The notes beneath the pieces are model-generated. The model was not told the DNA's origin. It searched no databases and saw only the letters and a list, made by a program, of their open reading frames with translations. This document shows positions 52,474 through 64,000 of a stretch of DNA of 64,000 bases, one piece after another. Position 1 is the stretch's first letter; each line of letters begins with the position of its first letter. The stretch is taken from positions 23,436,001 through 23,500,000 of the forward strand of contig OZ024755.1 of assembly GCA_964016885.1 (NCBI GenBank), given 5' to 3'. Made by a program: the position numbers and the translations under genes. This DNA comes from Eledone cirrhosa (Eukaryota).

Positions 52474-52508
<35 letters not shown>

Positions 52509-52659
52509 TATATACACATATATATATATACACATATATATACACATATATATATATACACATATATATACACATATATATATATATATATACACATATA
52601 TATATATATATACACATATATATATACACATATATATATATATACACATATATATATAT
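52382..52659. repeat. Compound (TA)n/CACA microsatellite
   Basis: Direct reading; it is the source of the YI-rich spurious ORFs. Confidence 0.97.
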
Positions 52660-53704
52660 CATCATCATCATTTAACGTCCGTGTTCCATGCTTGCATGGG
52701 TTTGGACGGGAGTTTTCCCACTTGAGGCAAGAGTGGTTGTCTTGCTCGCATAGGACTGTCTGGCGGGTTTTCTACAGTTGGATGCCCTTCCTAACACCAA
52801 CCACATTTACAGTATATATATATATATACACACACAGGATGATAGCTGAATGAAAAGCAAACTTCTTAACCATGCTGGGTTCACAGCGAGAGAGAGACAC
52901 ACACAAGTCTTAAGAAATAGGAATGACAATATGAAAGGGAGTGGAAATCAACAGGAAAGATATTCAGGAAATATTGATATAGAAATACATATATTACTTT
53001 ATATTGTTGAATGTTGATAAGAGAAACAATGAAAACAAATGTCTTAACCCTTTAGCATTTACATTACTCTATATTTGCTCAGTAAAGGCTTTACCTCACA
53101 TAATATCGAATCTTTGAGATTTTGATATTTATTTTGAGAACACTACCTTAACATCAGTATGAGCAGCTAATTACAGTCAGTTAAACCAAAATGGTGAGAG
53201 AATTCTGGCCAGATACGGCCAGTTTAAAGGCTAAAGGGTTAAATATCATAGATGTTAGATATAAAACTAAAATATAATACCAATTCTTCAGTTTTCATAT
53301 AATGGTTTCTGATTCAGGCAAAAAGGAAAAGGATTAAAGAGAAAGAAATTATCAATATGTAAGATCTGGATGTAAAAACACCCCACCCAGTACACGCTGT
53401 AAGGTTGCTGTGTTGGTGATACAAGAAAAAAAAGTACCTAGTTCATACTGTAATGTGGTTGGCATTAGGAAGGGCATTCAGTCAGAAACCAAGCTAAAAT
53501 AAAGTTCTGTATGAGCAAGATGTGGCCACCTGACTTGACTTGTTTCATAATGTGACAATCTAACTCATGCAAGTGTGGAAAACTGGATGTTAAACGATGA
53601 TGATGATGAAAACAGATATATTATGGTTTTTCTGTTGGAAATTTCTATCAATATGTTGTCTGTTATATTTACCTAAGTAATATGGTCTTAATCTAGAAAT
53701 AAGC

Positions 53705-54020
53705 ACTTCTACTGGAACTCCTGCCACTTCTTCAGTCAATGGACATCCTCCAGGAGCATCACATGTCCATACCAGCAGTCTTCTCTCTTGCATATTACAT
53801 TTGATTCCTCTTATACTTATTTTTTTCGCTCAGTCTATCTTTGCTTCACTGTTTATGGACATTAACATCTCATATCCATCAAAGCATACTTCATTTCTCT
53901 CTAGCCTTTGCACATCCTCTGCATTTTATGCTCCCTTGTTTCACTTTCATGCAACATTGCACTTTGCATGCATGTGTCATACAGCCAGCCTTTAATTTGT
54001 AGAGAGAAACCTTTTGTTGT
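53705..54020 (-). mobile_element. Decayed RTE LINE fragment
   Basis: Reverse strand resembles 25590-25810 (MQERRL..., gaaatgaagtatgct, ataagtataagaggaat). Confidence 0.65.
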
Positions 54021-54329
54021 CAACTTATTAATAAATTAGTCAGATGTGGAGGGGAAACACAGTACTAGTGATAAAAGTAATAGACAGAAAATATGGTACA
54101 TTTATGAGTAAGTGTGTGAACCGTTGTCAATCAGTCAAACATTTTCTTTTGGATGTGGTTGATATGTTTGCATGTATAGCAGTTGCATTGTCTCAGATAT
54201 GTAAACTACTGAAGTATGTTCTGGCCAGGAATACAAAGCCTAGTTTTATGATACAGTTTTGGCAATGTTATATATGTGCAGCCACTATAAGAGTTCTGAG
54301 ACTGTAATTTGGAAGGTTTTAATATAGTT

Positions 54330-54720
54330 GATCAACTGTTGAATACAAGAGGCCGAAATGGGGTTCCTCCGATGGGTCTTTGGAGTAACATTACTCGATA
54401 AAGTGCATAACTCAGAGATCAGAGAGTCGTCACTCCAGGTAGATCCACTACTTCTCTGATACTGTAGGCACGTGGTTAGAATGTCTCAGGAAAGAATCAC
54501 TGGACAGATTTTAGGGGGAAAAACCAACCAGCAGGTGACCCAAGGATAGACCCCGAGCAAGATGGTTGGATAACATTCATGAGCTTCGCTGGTTGGGCTT
54601 GGGGATCCAGCTGGATCAATTGGAGACGGTTACTTCTGACAGGATTCACTGGAAAGATTGTTTAAGGACTCTGCTTCCATGACCCTCTCAGGAATAAGTG
54701 GTCAAAGAAGAAGAAGATGA
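54330..54720 (+). mobile_element. Decayed RTE-like LINE 3' fragment (second subfamily); related pieces on the minus strand at ~27340-27590 and ~34750-35000
   Basis: Remnants of GHVVRMSQER and RPKDRPRARW motifs, ending in a (GAA)n tail. Confidence 0.6.
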
Positions 54721-56810
54721 GTTAGTTAATGAAATCAACCCAATACTTGACAAGGTACTTTATTTTATAAACACCGGAAAGATAAAAAGCAAAATTGAGC
54801 TCAGCATGATTTGAGCTTAGAATGTGAATAGCCATAACTAAATTCTGCATGGTATTTTGTCTGACGTTCTCTCTGCCAAACGGTGTTCCCTCACTCCTTC
54901 TACGTTGACACATATTTGTAACGAAAGAGCATACTGAATTTAATTTATGTCAGTACTTGACTGATGAAAATTGTATAAACCCCAGAAAGATAAGAAGCAA
55001 AATAATCTTTGTTAGATTTGAACTTAGGAATAAAGAGACATAGCTACATATACTGTGTTCTATTGATTCTGCTACACAGTGTGTAAAACATGTTCAACTA
55101 ATGAATAACAATACTTCGAATATTTCTCATTGGATACAGTACCGCAATACTGGGCGTGGTACCGCAATAACAACTATTTGACAGATGTGTTTTATACTCG
55201 TCAGTATAGGCAGCAGCAACTAATAAAGAGAATAAAAGCAAAACTAATGTAATTAGTGCAATGTAGTATGTAGTAGTGTTCCATAAGGTTTAGTTGAAAA
55301 GGCCTTGAAAGAAGATATTATCTATAACTTAAGCAAATTACTCACGAATGAGCAACTCAGCCACAACACATGACTAATATAGTAAACATAATATACACAG
55401 CGACTACTAGAAATGTGTTTCTCAACCAAGGGTAAATTTACTTTCTATTACTCTATCTATTTATCACGTGTTCCAGCCGACAGGCTGAGGCCATGCTGGG
55501 GCATAAAAAATTAATCTAATTTACAATATTGAAGAAAAAATACGCATCTTTTGTTCAGAGAGAGAGAGTGAGAGAGGGGTTTATGCATATATTACGTAAC
55601 GGCAGACGGAGTATAAAGAAAGAGCGACAAATTATGACGCTACATTGTATTATTATTATTACTGACGAGAGTAAGGGAGTACATGGCGGAATAGAGCAAG
55701 CTGAGGGAGTAAATGACAGGAAGAGTTGAGAAACACCGTACAAGAGGAAGCTGAGTCATATGATGAAAGGATAAAGAGAAAAACAAAGAATGGAAAGAAG
55801 ACGAGAGAGAAAGAGAAAACAACAACAATAAATTAACAGAAATAAGCACTCCCGTAAATTATAACCAATGAGTAAATTGTCTTTTATTGTAAATCCTATT
55901 ATCATTAAACAGAAGTTGGAGAGGCAGTGAAGTAAAAGGGAGACCGAACAATTTATTTCAGTCTTTTCTCTTCTCCACACTAAATTCACAAGCATTCTAC
56001 ATTGTACATTATTTTTTAAAGTCCGCGGGATAGTCAAACTTTAACTTTCGAAGATAATAACATTTATCATACTTCTTTGTACATAGTTAACCTGTTTAGT
56101 TATTGTTAGTTATACCTCCAGGTTTGTCAACTAAATTGAATGAAAATGCTGGAAAGAAATTAGTATGACTTAAACTAGCTGTTATATATATAGGAAAAGG
56201 GTCAGGACCCCAACAGCTGAGCTCCGGCCGTTTCGACAGCTAGATCTAGCTGTCGAAGCGGCCGGAGCTCAGCCGTCGGGGTTCTGACTCTTTTCCTATT
56301 ACCCACTCTACTACCCTAAGTATTGAGTACTCTGGTGCGTTATGGTCCACCTGGTATCTTCCCACAGCCATATATATAAAAACATGAGAAGAATTGGGTG
56401 CTGCGTGGTTGCACATGGGTTACATATGAAAAAAATAGTCCTTCATCAGTGATTTTCCAACCTTCATTGGTATTTCATAGCTTTAAAAATCATGCTACTT
56501 CAGAATAAATTTGAATATTAACATATCCTTTGGTCTATCATACACACTTCTATTACGGATGTTTAAACCTTAAAATCACGGATGCACTTTATACAGGAGA
56601 ACTACATTGATGCATAAGCTATTGTGGTACGTTGTATTAATATGAAGAATTTTTGACATTTATATCAGATAAAAATACATACATATAATCAATTAAAAAC
56701 CATTATTGGCAGTATCGGTAGAGGGTTGGACGCTATGCTTTGACGTATAGAGTTACGGCCCTTGCCATTCTGAGTTCGAATCCCGCCGAGGTTAACTTTG
56801 CCTTTCATCC

Positions 56811-57900
56811 TCCACGGCCCCGACGGACAGAATGGAGAAGGCGTTTCCCCGAAGGATGATAAGGGAGATTCGCTGGAAGAACCATTCCATCTCGCGAGGC
56901 TCACACTTGTGACTGGCCAGCTCAGCGCCTATGGTGGTGAGTAGGGAGGTAGCCCTAGAGCCAAGGACACCAGAAGTCTCTATTGCTAGGGACTCGATTA
57001 CAAACCTGTCAGAGAACGACCGATACTTGGAAGTATGTCGAAGATGAAGTGACATTGGTTACACGTCCAGTTTGAAAAACTTCTGCCTTGTACCTTAGTA
57101 ATGCCAACGCAGCTCCTTGGGTAACACAAGTGACATTTGATGGCCTTCAAATAGTGACTTGTACGTGTGCAAAGAACACAATTTGGAGGTGAATTGGCAG
57201 CATCAGAAGGGTCAACATTATAATTAGGATTCAGACGCGAAAGAGATGACGGTGGGTGCAAGTTAGCGATGGAGATAGTGAGGGGAACTGGGTAAACAAC
57301 ATTAACCCTGTAGCATTTACATTATTCTATAGGGCGGTGGATTGGCAGTATCGGTAGAGAGTTGGATGCCATGCTTTGCAGCACAGTTACGTCCCTCTAT
57401 CAGTTCAAATCCCGCCGAGGTTCACTTTGCCTTTCATCCTTACGGGGTCGATAAATAAAGTACCAGTAATACACTGGGATAATTGCTGATCTTGTGCCAA
57501 AAAGTAGAAACAATTATTCTATAGTTACTATTGTATTTTCACAATACCTTAACATAAGTATAAGCAGTTGGTTATGGCCAGTTTGAATAGAAAGAGGGGA
57601 GAGAATTCTGGCCGGATACGGCCGGTTTAAATGCTAAAGTGTTAACTCTGGCAGTGGGCTCCGATGGGAAACAAGTGGCGTTGGAGGCATGCTGGATTTT
57701 ACGGGAGTGGTAAGATAAATAAGGCGACGAACAGGATTAATTCCGTCCGAATCCGAAGATAGAAGAGAGGAGGGTGAGACGGGGGGCGGGGGGACACGTT
57801 AACTCTCCAAGAATATGACGTAGGTAGAGGAATGACGAAGGTTGTACGTACAAAAGGCAAGTCTTCATCCTCTAGTGCTTATATACTACATACGGGATAT
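56811..57900 (-). mobile_element. Internally deleted CRE-like non-LTR retrotransposon (PHD-like finger joined to a restriction-like endonuclease C-terminus)
   Basis: KY...F..ESLAIETSGVLG...IG..L...EPRE.EW.FQRISLIILRGNA.SI is the CRE-type REL C-terminal motif. Immediately upstream lies CVLC...CHLC...SC...WTCNQC. Interrupted by a TTAA MITE. The 5' boundary is uncertain. Confidence 0.7.
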
Positions 57901-58327
57901 ATTTTTTCCGAGATCTCTTCCATAGTATTAGTGTGGGATTACAAACAAATAAAAACTCTATGACGAAGCAGATACTTAAATCTTTTCCTGTAAACACTCA
58001 GTGACAAAGGTGGTAAATGATTCCATAAAACATCAATTCTATGATATTTGAGCGTATTGGCTTGCCTAAAAATATTCCGTAGACCCCTATGGTGTGACGT
58101 TATCTTTCTCTTGCTCTGGTCATATATTTTGGTGTGTTATATTTGTGAGGGTCCTACCAATAGTTAATTGTTTATATATACTATATGTGTTTATATTTTC
58201 ATTCTAAAAGAATTGTGAGCAATTTGTAATGTTATTTGTGTATATATTTAAAACCTAATAAAATGAATAAATAGTGTATTTATTCTTTTTACTTATTTAG
58301 TATCACAATCATTTATACTGGATTCAC

Positions 58328-58443
58328 AAGTCATGAGCAAACTGCGGCCCCGTTTGGCTTTGTGAATGACACGCCTAATTTCAAAATTGACTTTAAATTT
58401 TTTTAGTAATGCGGCACATCTTATGATGAGGCCAGGACCGGCG

Positions 58444-58479
<36 letters not shown>

Positions 58480-58803
58480 CTGATTTCATGGGGCGCATTT
58501 CTCCATATCAACAATTTCGAAAAATAAATAAATACATAAATTTCAGTGTTATTGAGGGTCATTTTTTATTATCTTGGTTTATTTCATACAGGGACAAATA
58601 AATGTAAAAAAAAAAAAAAAAAAAAAAAAATGTTTATAAATTTTGAAATTGATATTTTTCCTTTGGGGGCGCCAGAATCTAACCTTGCCTATGGTGCTAG
58701 ATAGTCTGGCCCCTGCTCTGGGTAAGACACATCTTATGTGACCCGCCTTATGAAGAACCACATCATATGTGGCCCACTGCTCGAAAAAGGTTGCCCATGC
58801 CTG
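58328..58803. mobile_element. Probable nested hAT MITEs (inner element ~58433-58720)
   Basis: Outer ends resemble CAGGCATGGGCAA TIRs; the inner element begins CAGGACCGGCGCTA and ends GGCCCTGCTCTG. TSDs are degenerate. Confidence 0.55.
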
Positions 58804-61800
58804 CTCTAGAAGTTCATAGTTGAGTTTTTCAACTTCATTTACTGAACCGGTCAATTTCATCGACCCGAGTACTATTTCAAGCCTGGTACCTATTGTAACG
58901 AACTGCTGAGTTACAGGACATAACTTCTAAATTGGTTTCTGTATACATTAACTTCTAAGTAATTAGTGGTGACCGCACATTCTAAAATACTCTACAATTT
59001 TCTCTTAACCACAGCCCTTTCTTCCTCTTTTGGAACCCTTGGTTTATATCCTTATGACCGTACTGGTGTGCACAGACGTGCAGGTGTTTCTAAACAGCGC
59101 ACCCCTCCTCCTCTGTTACTAGCCCTTCCCCCACCAATCAATTGACCTCATCCAGAGATCACTCACCCTTTTTTCAACATTTTCCTTGACTGTACCTCGT
59201 TCTTCCTCTCCAAACCATCCTTTTTTCTTATCAGCCTCATATATACTGTATGTTATATACTTACGTCTCTGGTCGTGCCTGTCTGAGAAAATATAACTAC
59301 TATTGTATGACTTCAATCCTATATTCACTTGAGTAATTAAATGTATGTACATACAAATGTTTGTCTGTATACAACTATGTTATGACGTTTTACCTCCATC
59401 ATCACCCCGTTCTCTTCCCCCCCGCCGCCGTCGTCGCACTGACTCGTGACCCCTTTATCACTTACCTACTGTCTAATTCTCCCCCACACCACTGCCACTT
59501 CGCTTTTATTTCTTATATTTATTATTTAAGGTTATTTACATTTCTTAAAAAAAAAGGGTCCTGCTGGTATTGACGAATTTCATTACCGACGCAGACCACT
59601 ACGAGTTTCATCTGACTCTTTACTTAGAACGAACTCAGTTGATATAAAAAGAGGAAGAGAAGCACATAGTTATAATTAGTGAGAGATATCTCTCTCTCTC
59701 AGTTTCTCATTTGATAAAAAAAAAACCCAGCCATCACTACTGTGGTTGCTACTGCTACTTCACTGTCACTACTACAATTCGCCTCACAACCTACTGATAT
59801 TTATAGCTTAGTAGTGTTGTCAGCAGATCATATGAACTTCAAACTATGGAAACTACAGATCCTCCATCCACACGAGAGAGTACTTTGACCAGTATAATTT
59901 TAGCTTTTTTATGTTTTATTGCAGGTAAGAATGATTTTAAACTGATTTGAACACGTACCAACGTTCGTACACACACACCACACGCATGCTCATTTAAATT
60001 TAAACTGTGCCACGATCCCGTTAGATTCTACTAGATTTGGAGAGATAATAAATGGAAGATACAGCTAATAATCCTCACATAAACGAATTAAGTAATTAAT
60101 AATAATATAAGATTGATTAGATTGTTAGTTTAGGTAATATTTTAGAGTAGTAACCCGTTTTAATTTTAACTCTTCTATCTCTGATATCAAAGCTAACAAT
60201 CTTCCGAAAGATGACTGACTACTTTACAACAAAATCTTTCAAAGTAGTGTTGCCGCAGGAAATTGATCGTGCTGCATTTAATGCGATCGTCAAACATCGA
60301 TTTTTACGACACATTTATAATGTTTCAGTTCTCCTAGAAACTAGTTGATACTTCATGAAGCCACGAAAGAAATATAGAAGTACATATTTTTCAATCGACA
60401 TTACAGAGTTTCTATATTAATCACATCTGTTAGTTTAAAAACAAACAATAAACAAAACAATCATTGTTTTAATTAAGATGTGTTCCTAGTAGTCACACCA
60501 AATTAATTCTGTCAAAATAAACATATGCTAATGTTAAATGACTAGAAAATAAAAAATGCCAGAGAAACCACAATGCATCTATTTTATTTGAATTACTTAA
60601 TATATGAACATAATATATATATATATATATATATATATAGGCTTTCCTGATGATTGCCTCCGAATGAAACAGTTCCCGTCCTGTAGAAGCCATTTCTATA
60701 TTAAATCTTGTATACACTCTACTATGTATTGAGTACCTTACTTACTGTGGTTACTCCCGATTGAATCCGACACACACACACATAGAGAGAGAGAGAGAGA
60801 GAGAGAAATAGAAATAGCTTCTACAGGACTAGAGGTGTTTCATTCAAAAGAAATCATCAGGATAACAGTTCTAGTCGTGTAGAAGCCATTTCTGTATGTT
60901 TACACTCTACTAACGTATTGAGTACCTTACTAACTGTGGTTACCCCCGATTGAACCCGAGACTCTCTCTCTCTCTCTCACACACACACCGGTTTTTCTTT
61001 ATTTTCCTAGTACCACCAAAATGTAGACCTAACAATGATTCAGAGTTAATATCGCCTCTCCATACACCATTACAAATATGACTAAATGCAGAGTCATTTA
61101 GAAGCGATGATATACTTACTTAAGTGCTAAATTAAGAGCTTTATAGTTGAATTATAAAAGCTGTTGTGACGAAGAGAGAGGGAGTGTATGTGTGCGTTAA
61201 GTACATTAACGATTGTTCTGTTCTGCTACAGTTGAGTGTATGAATGAATAAAACCCACTAGAGCAACTGGTACAAGTGAAAGTAGATGTAAGATCGCGTA
61301 CAACAATAGCTAACATTCGAGGTTAACTTTGCCTTTCATCCTTACGGGGTCGATAAAATAAATTACCAGTAATGCACTGGAATAATTGCTGGCCTGGTGC
61401 CAAAAGTAGAAACAATTATTTACATTCTGAGTTCAAATCCCGCCGAGGTTAACTTTGCCTTTCATCCTTACGGGGTCGATAAAATAAAGTACCAGTAATG
61501 CACTGGCTTATTGCTGGCCTTGTGCCAAAAGTAGAAACAATTATTTACATTAAACAAAACAAAACTTTATGGAGATTACTTACGTCTACAATGAAACCAA
61601 ATAATTCTAAAACAGATCATTAGTCGATGATCTCCAGAGAAATAAAGACAATAGATAATCTCATTCATGATAAAATAGCATATATGCATATATATATATA
61701 TTATATATTATATATATATATATATACTATATATATATATGTGTGTTATTAGTCTCAATATTATTAAATGTGACTCGTAGTAAGGCTGATGGGGCGACTG

Positions 61801-63234
61801 CTTATTTCTGTTTGTCAATGTAGAATCCTAAGAATGTTAATTCACTATTTCTGTTCATCGTTTGACGGTGTGTAAAGTAATACAGTAAAGCAGTTGATCG
61901 GTGCAGTTTGACATTACTCTAAATTGTATTTTCACGGTGAAGGCTTTATCTCACATAATATCGAATCTATGAAATTTTAATGATATTTATTTTGAGAACA
62001 AGACCTTAACATCAGTATGAGTGGCCAGTTACGGCCGGTTTGAACAGAAAGAGGTGAGAGAATTCTGGCCGGACACAACCAGTTTAAATACTAAAAGGTT
62101 AAAGTGCTATGTTTACACACCTATATATATTGTATTGTATGTTCTCTCTAATCCCTAAATTTTCTCTCGCTTTTAAAACCAAATTCTGTTCTAATTCTAT
62201 TGAAATGCTTGAGAATTTGTCAGTTCTATGAAAAGTCTGTAGTAATTTGAACAAATCATTTAGTTAGAGAAAATGTTATTCCGATATTTACTTAGTGATA
62301 ATAGGTTTTTAACCCTTTAGCATTTACATTGCTCTATATTTACTATTGTATTTTCACAGTAAAGGCATAATTATCACATAATTATCTCACATAATAACGA
62401 ATTTAGGAGATTTTGATGTTATTTATTTTGAAAACAATACCTTAATGGAGGTATGAGCAGCCAGAATTCTCTCACCTCTTTCTGTTCAAATCGGCCATAA
62501 CCGGCTGCTCATACTTATGTTAACGTATTGTTCTCAAAATAAATAATATCAAAATCTCATAGGTTCAATATTATGTGAGATAAAATACAATATTAAATAT
62601 GGAGTAATGCAAATGCTAAAGGATTAATACACACCCATGTTCTTATCTTGATATAGTTATGGCAGGTTTAATATACAGATGTTAAATTAAATAATTAATG
62701 GTATCCTTTGTATTACAGTTAGAAAAGCGCAAGTCAACAAACAACCTAAAAGTACTTACCTGAAATTAATACTAATATATGAGGAAACTGCTCCTTGGTC
62801 GATCACTTACTATAAATAGCCCCCTCCCATGACATCCTATCGTCTTAAATAAGGATACTATCCCTAATATACATCATAGATCTGCTTTAACCCTTTACCA
62901 TTTACATTACTCTATATATATATACTATTTCATTTTCATGGTAAAGGCTTTATCTCACATGATATTAAATCTATGAGATTTTGGTATTATTCATTTTGAG
63001 AACAATACCTTAACATCAGTATGAGTGACCAGTTATGGGCAGTTTGAACAGAAAGAGGTGAGAGAATTCTGGCCGGATACGGCTGGTTTAAATGCTAAAT
63101 GGTTAATCAAGGTTAGTCTGGTGTTGAACAATACTTTAAACAGAACACCTTTAGCTGAATGTTGAGGGCTTCTCAATAAACTGATCTGTTTATATTCAGT
63201 AAATTAAAGTAAAGCAAATGTGGTGATGAAACAA

Positions 63235-63370
63235 TATCTCCTTCTCTACTCTGGCCATGGGCCGCCATTTGCTCATAATGAGATGGAGAGCAGGAGAGAC
63301 TGAGGCAGTGCCAGTGGGAATTTGGTTCCTTTGTGTTTGGACCTGGTGTGTATATGTATATATTTCACAA
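63235..63370 (+). mobile_element. CRE-like 3' UTR remnant
   Basis: Similar to 38170-38310 (ccatttgct...gaggcagtg...tttggttcctttg.gtttggacctggt). Confidence 0.65.
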
Positions 63371-64000
63371 GATACACACTGAGGCAGTGTCGTTATATTT
63401 TCGGCTTTGTTTTTTAATGCTTCCTGTATTAAATATGGTAACACAAAAACATATATAATATAATCAACATATGTAAAACAAGGCAATATTTTAAGTATAA
63501 AGAAACCTAATTTTAAATCAAAAATAATTGTTTTTACTTTTTGGCACAAGGCCAGCGATTTCCCCAGTGCATTACTGGTACTTTATTTTATCAATCCCAT
63601 AAGGATGAAAGACAAAGTTAACCTCGGCGGGATTTGAACTCAGAACGCATGGTGTTTGATGCTTTACTGATACTGTCAATGCACCATAAATAATAGAGTA
63701 CGGTGGAATATGAATAAAGAAAACTTTAGGGCTCTCACATTGAAAAACTATATTTAAGTTGTAAAGATGGAGGTAATGATTTGTAAGTATGGGTGATGAT
63801 ATCTCATTCTGTGACTGATAAGCTGTTTACACACACACACACCATGTTTAGAAATAGAAGCTGAGTGAGGGCAAATGGGTAACATTCAACTGACAAAATG
63901 TGCAGAAAATATCAACTAACTAGCTGTTGTCAGCACTGATCGAACATACCAAGGATCAAATAAGCTCGCAGCCATGACCACCAGTCACTATACAACTTAG

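Larger units (their letters stand above)
55100..61330. promoter_or_regulatory. CpG-richer zone, possible unmethylated promoter region
   Basis: Visibly more CG dinucleotides in non-repeat DNA than in the 1-55 kb span (not computed). Strong donor sites point outward at 59465 (-) and 59925 (+). Confidence 0.4.

Noticed and set aside
52263-52853. YI-rich ORFs
   Set aside because: They are microsatellite translations.
62753-62763. U1 snRNA 5' end (TACTTACCTG)
   Set aside because: There is no downstream U1 similarity; it is simply the complement of a donor consensus.

Overview
AT-rich, repeat-dense eukaryotic DNA; the SINE/MITE/RTE content resembles coleoid cephalopod (octopod) genomes (inference). 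The only host gene I can support is the 3' part of a MINDY1/2 (FAM63)-family deubiquitinase on the minus strand. It has four spliced exons (19137-18935, 13153-13004, 12478-12313, 3298-3284) encoding the end of the catalytic domain, two MIU-type ubiquitin-binding motifs and a C-terminal CaaX box (CTIL) that sits on its own 15-nt coding exon. I could not find the upstream catalytic exons in the window. The ~9-kb last intron is almost entirely a 46-bp tandem array (~140 units); on the sense strand each unit mimics the acceptor and first codons of the CaaX exon. The array is interrupted by a very young 2-kb non-coding LTR element with identical LTRs, a 5-bp TSD and a 32-nt tRNA-Trp PBS mismatched exactly opposite A58. 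The rest is intronic or intergenic: tRNA-derived SINEs, TTAA (piggyBac-like) and hAT MITEs, a deleted DD37D maT transposon, RTE and CRE-like non-LTR fragments, decayed hammerhead-like repeats, several long palindromes, minisatellites, and a CpG-richer zone at about 55-61 kb. No rRNA, tRNA or CRISPR features were seen. All alignments and counts were done by eye.
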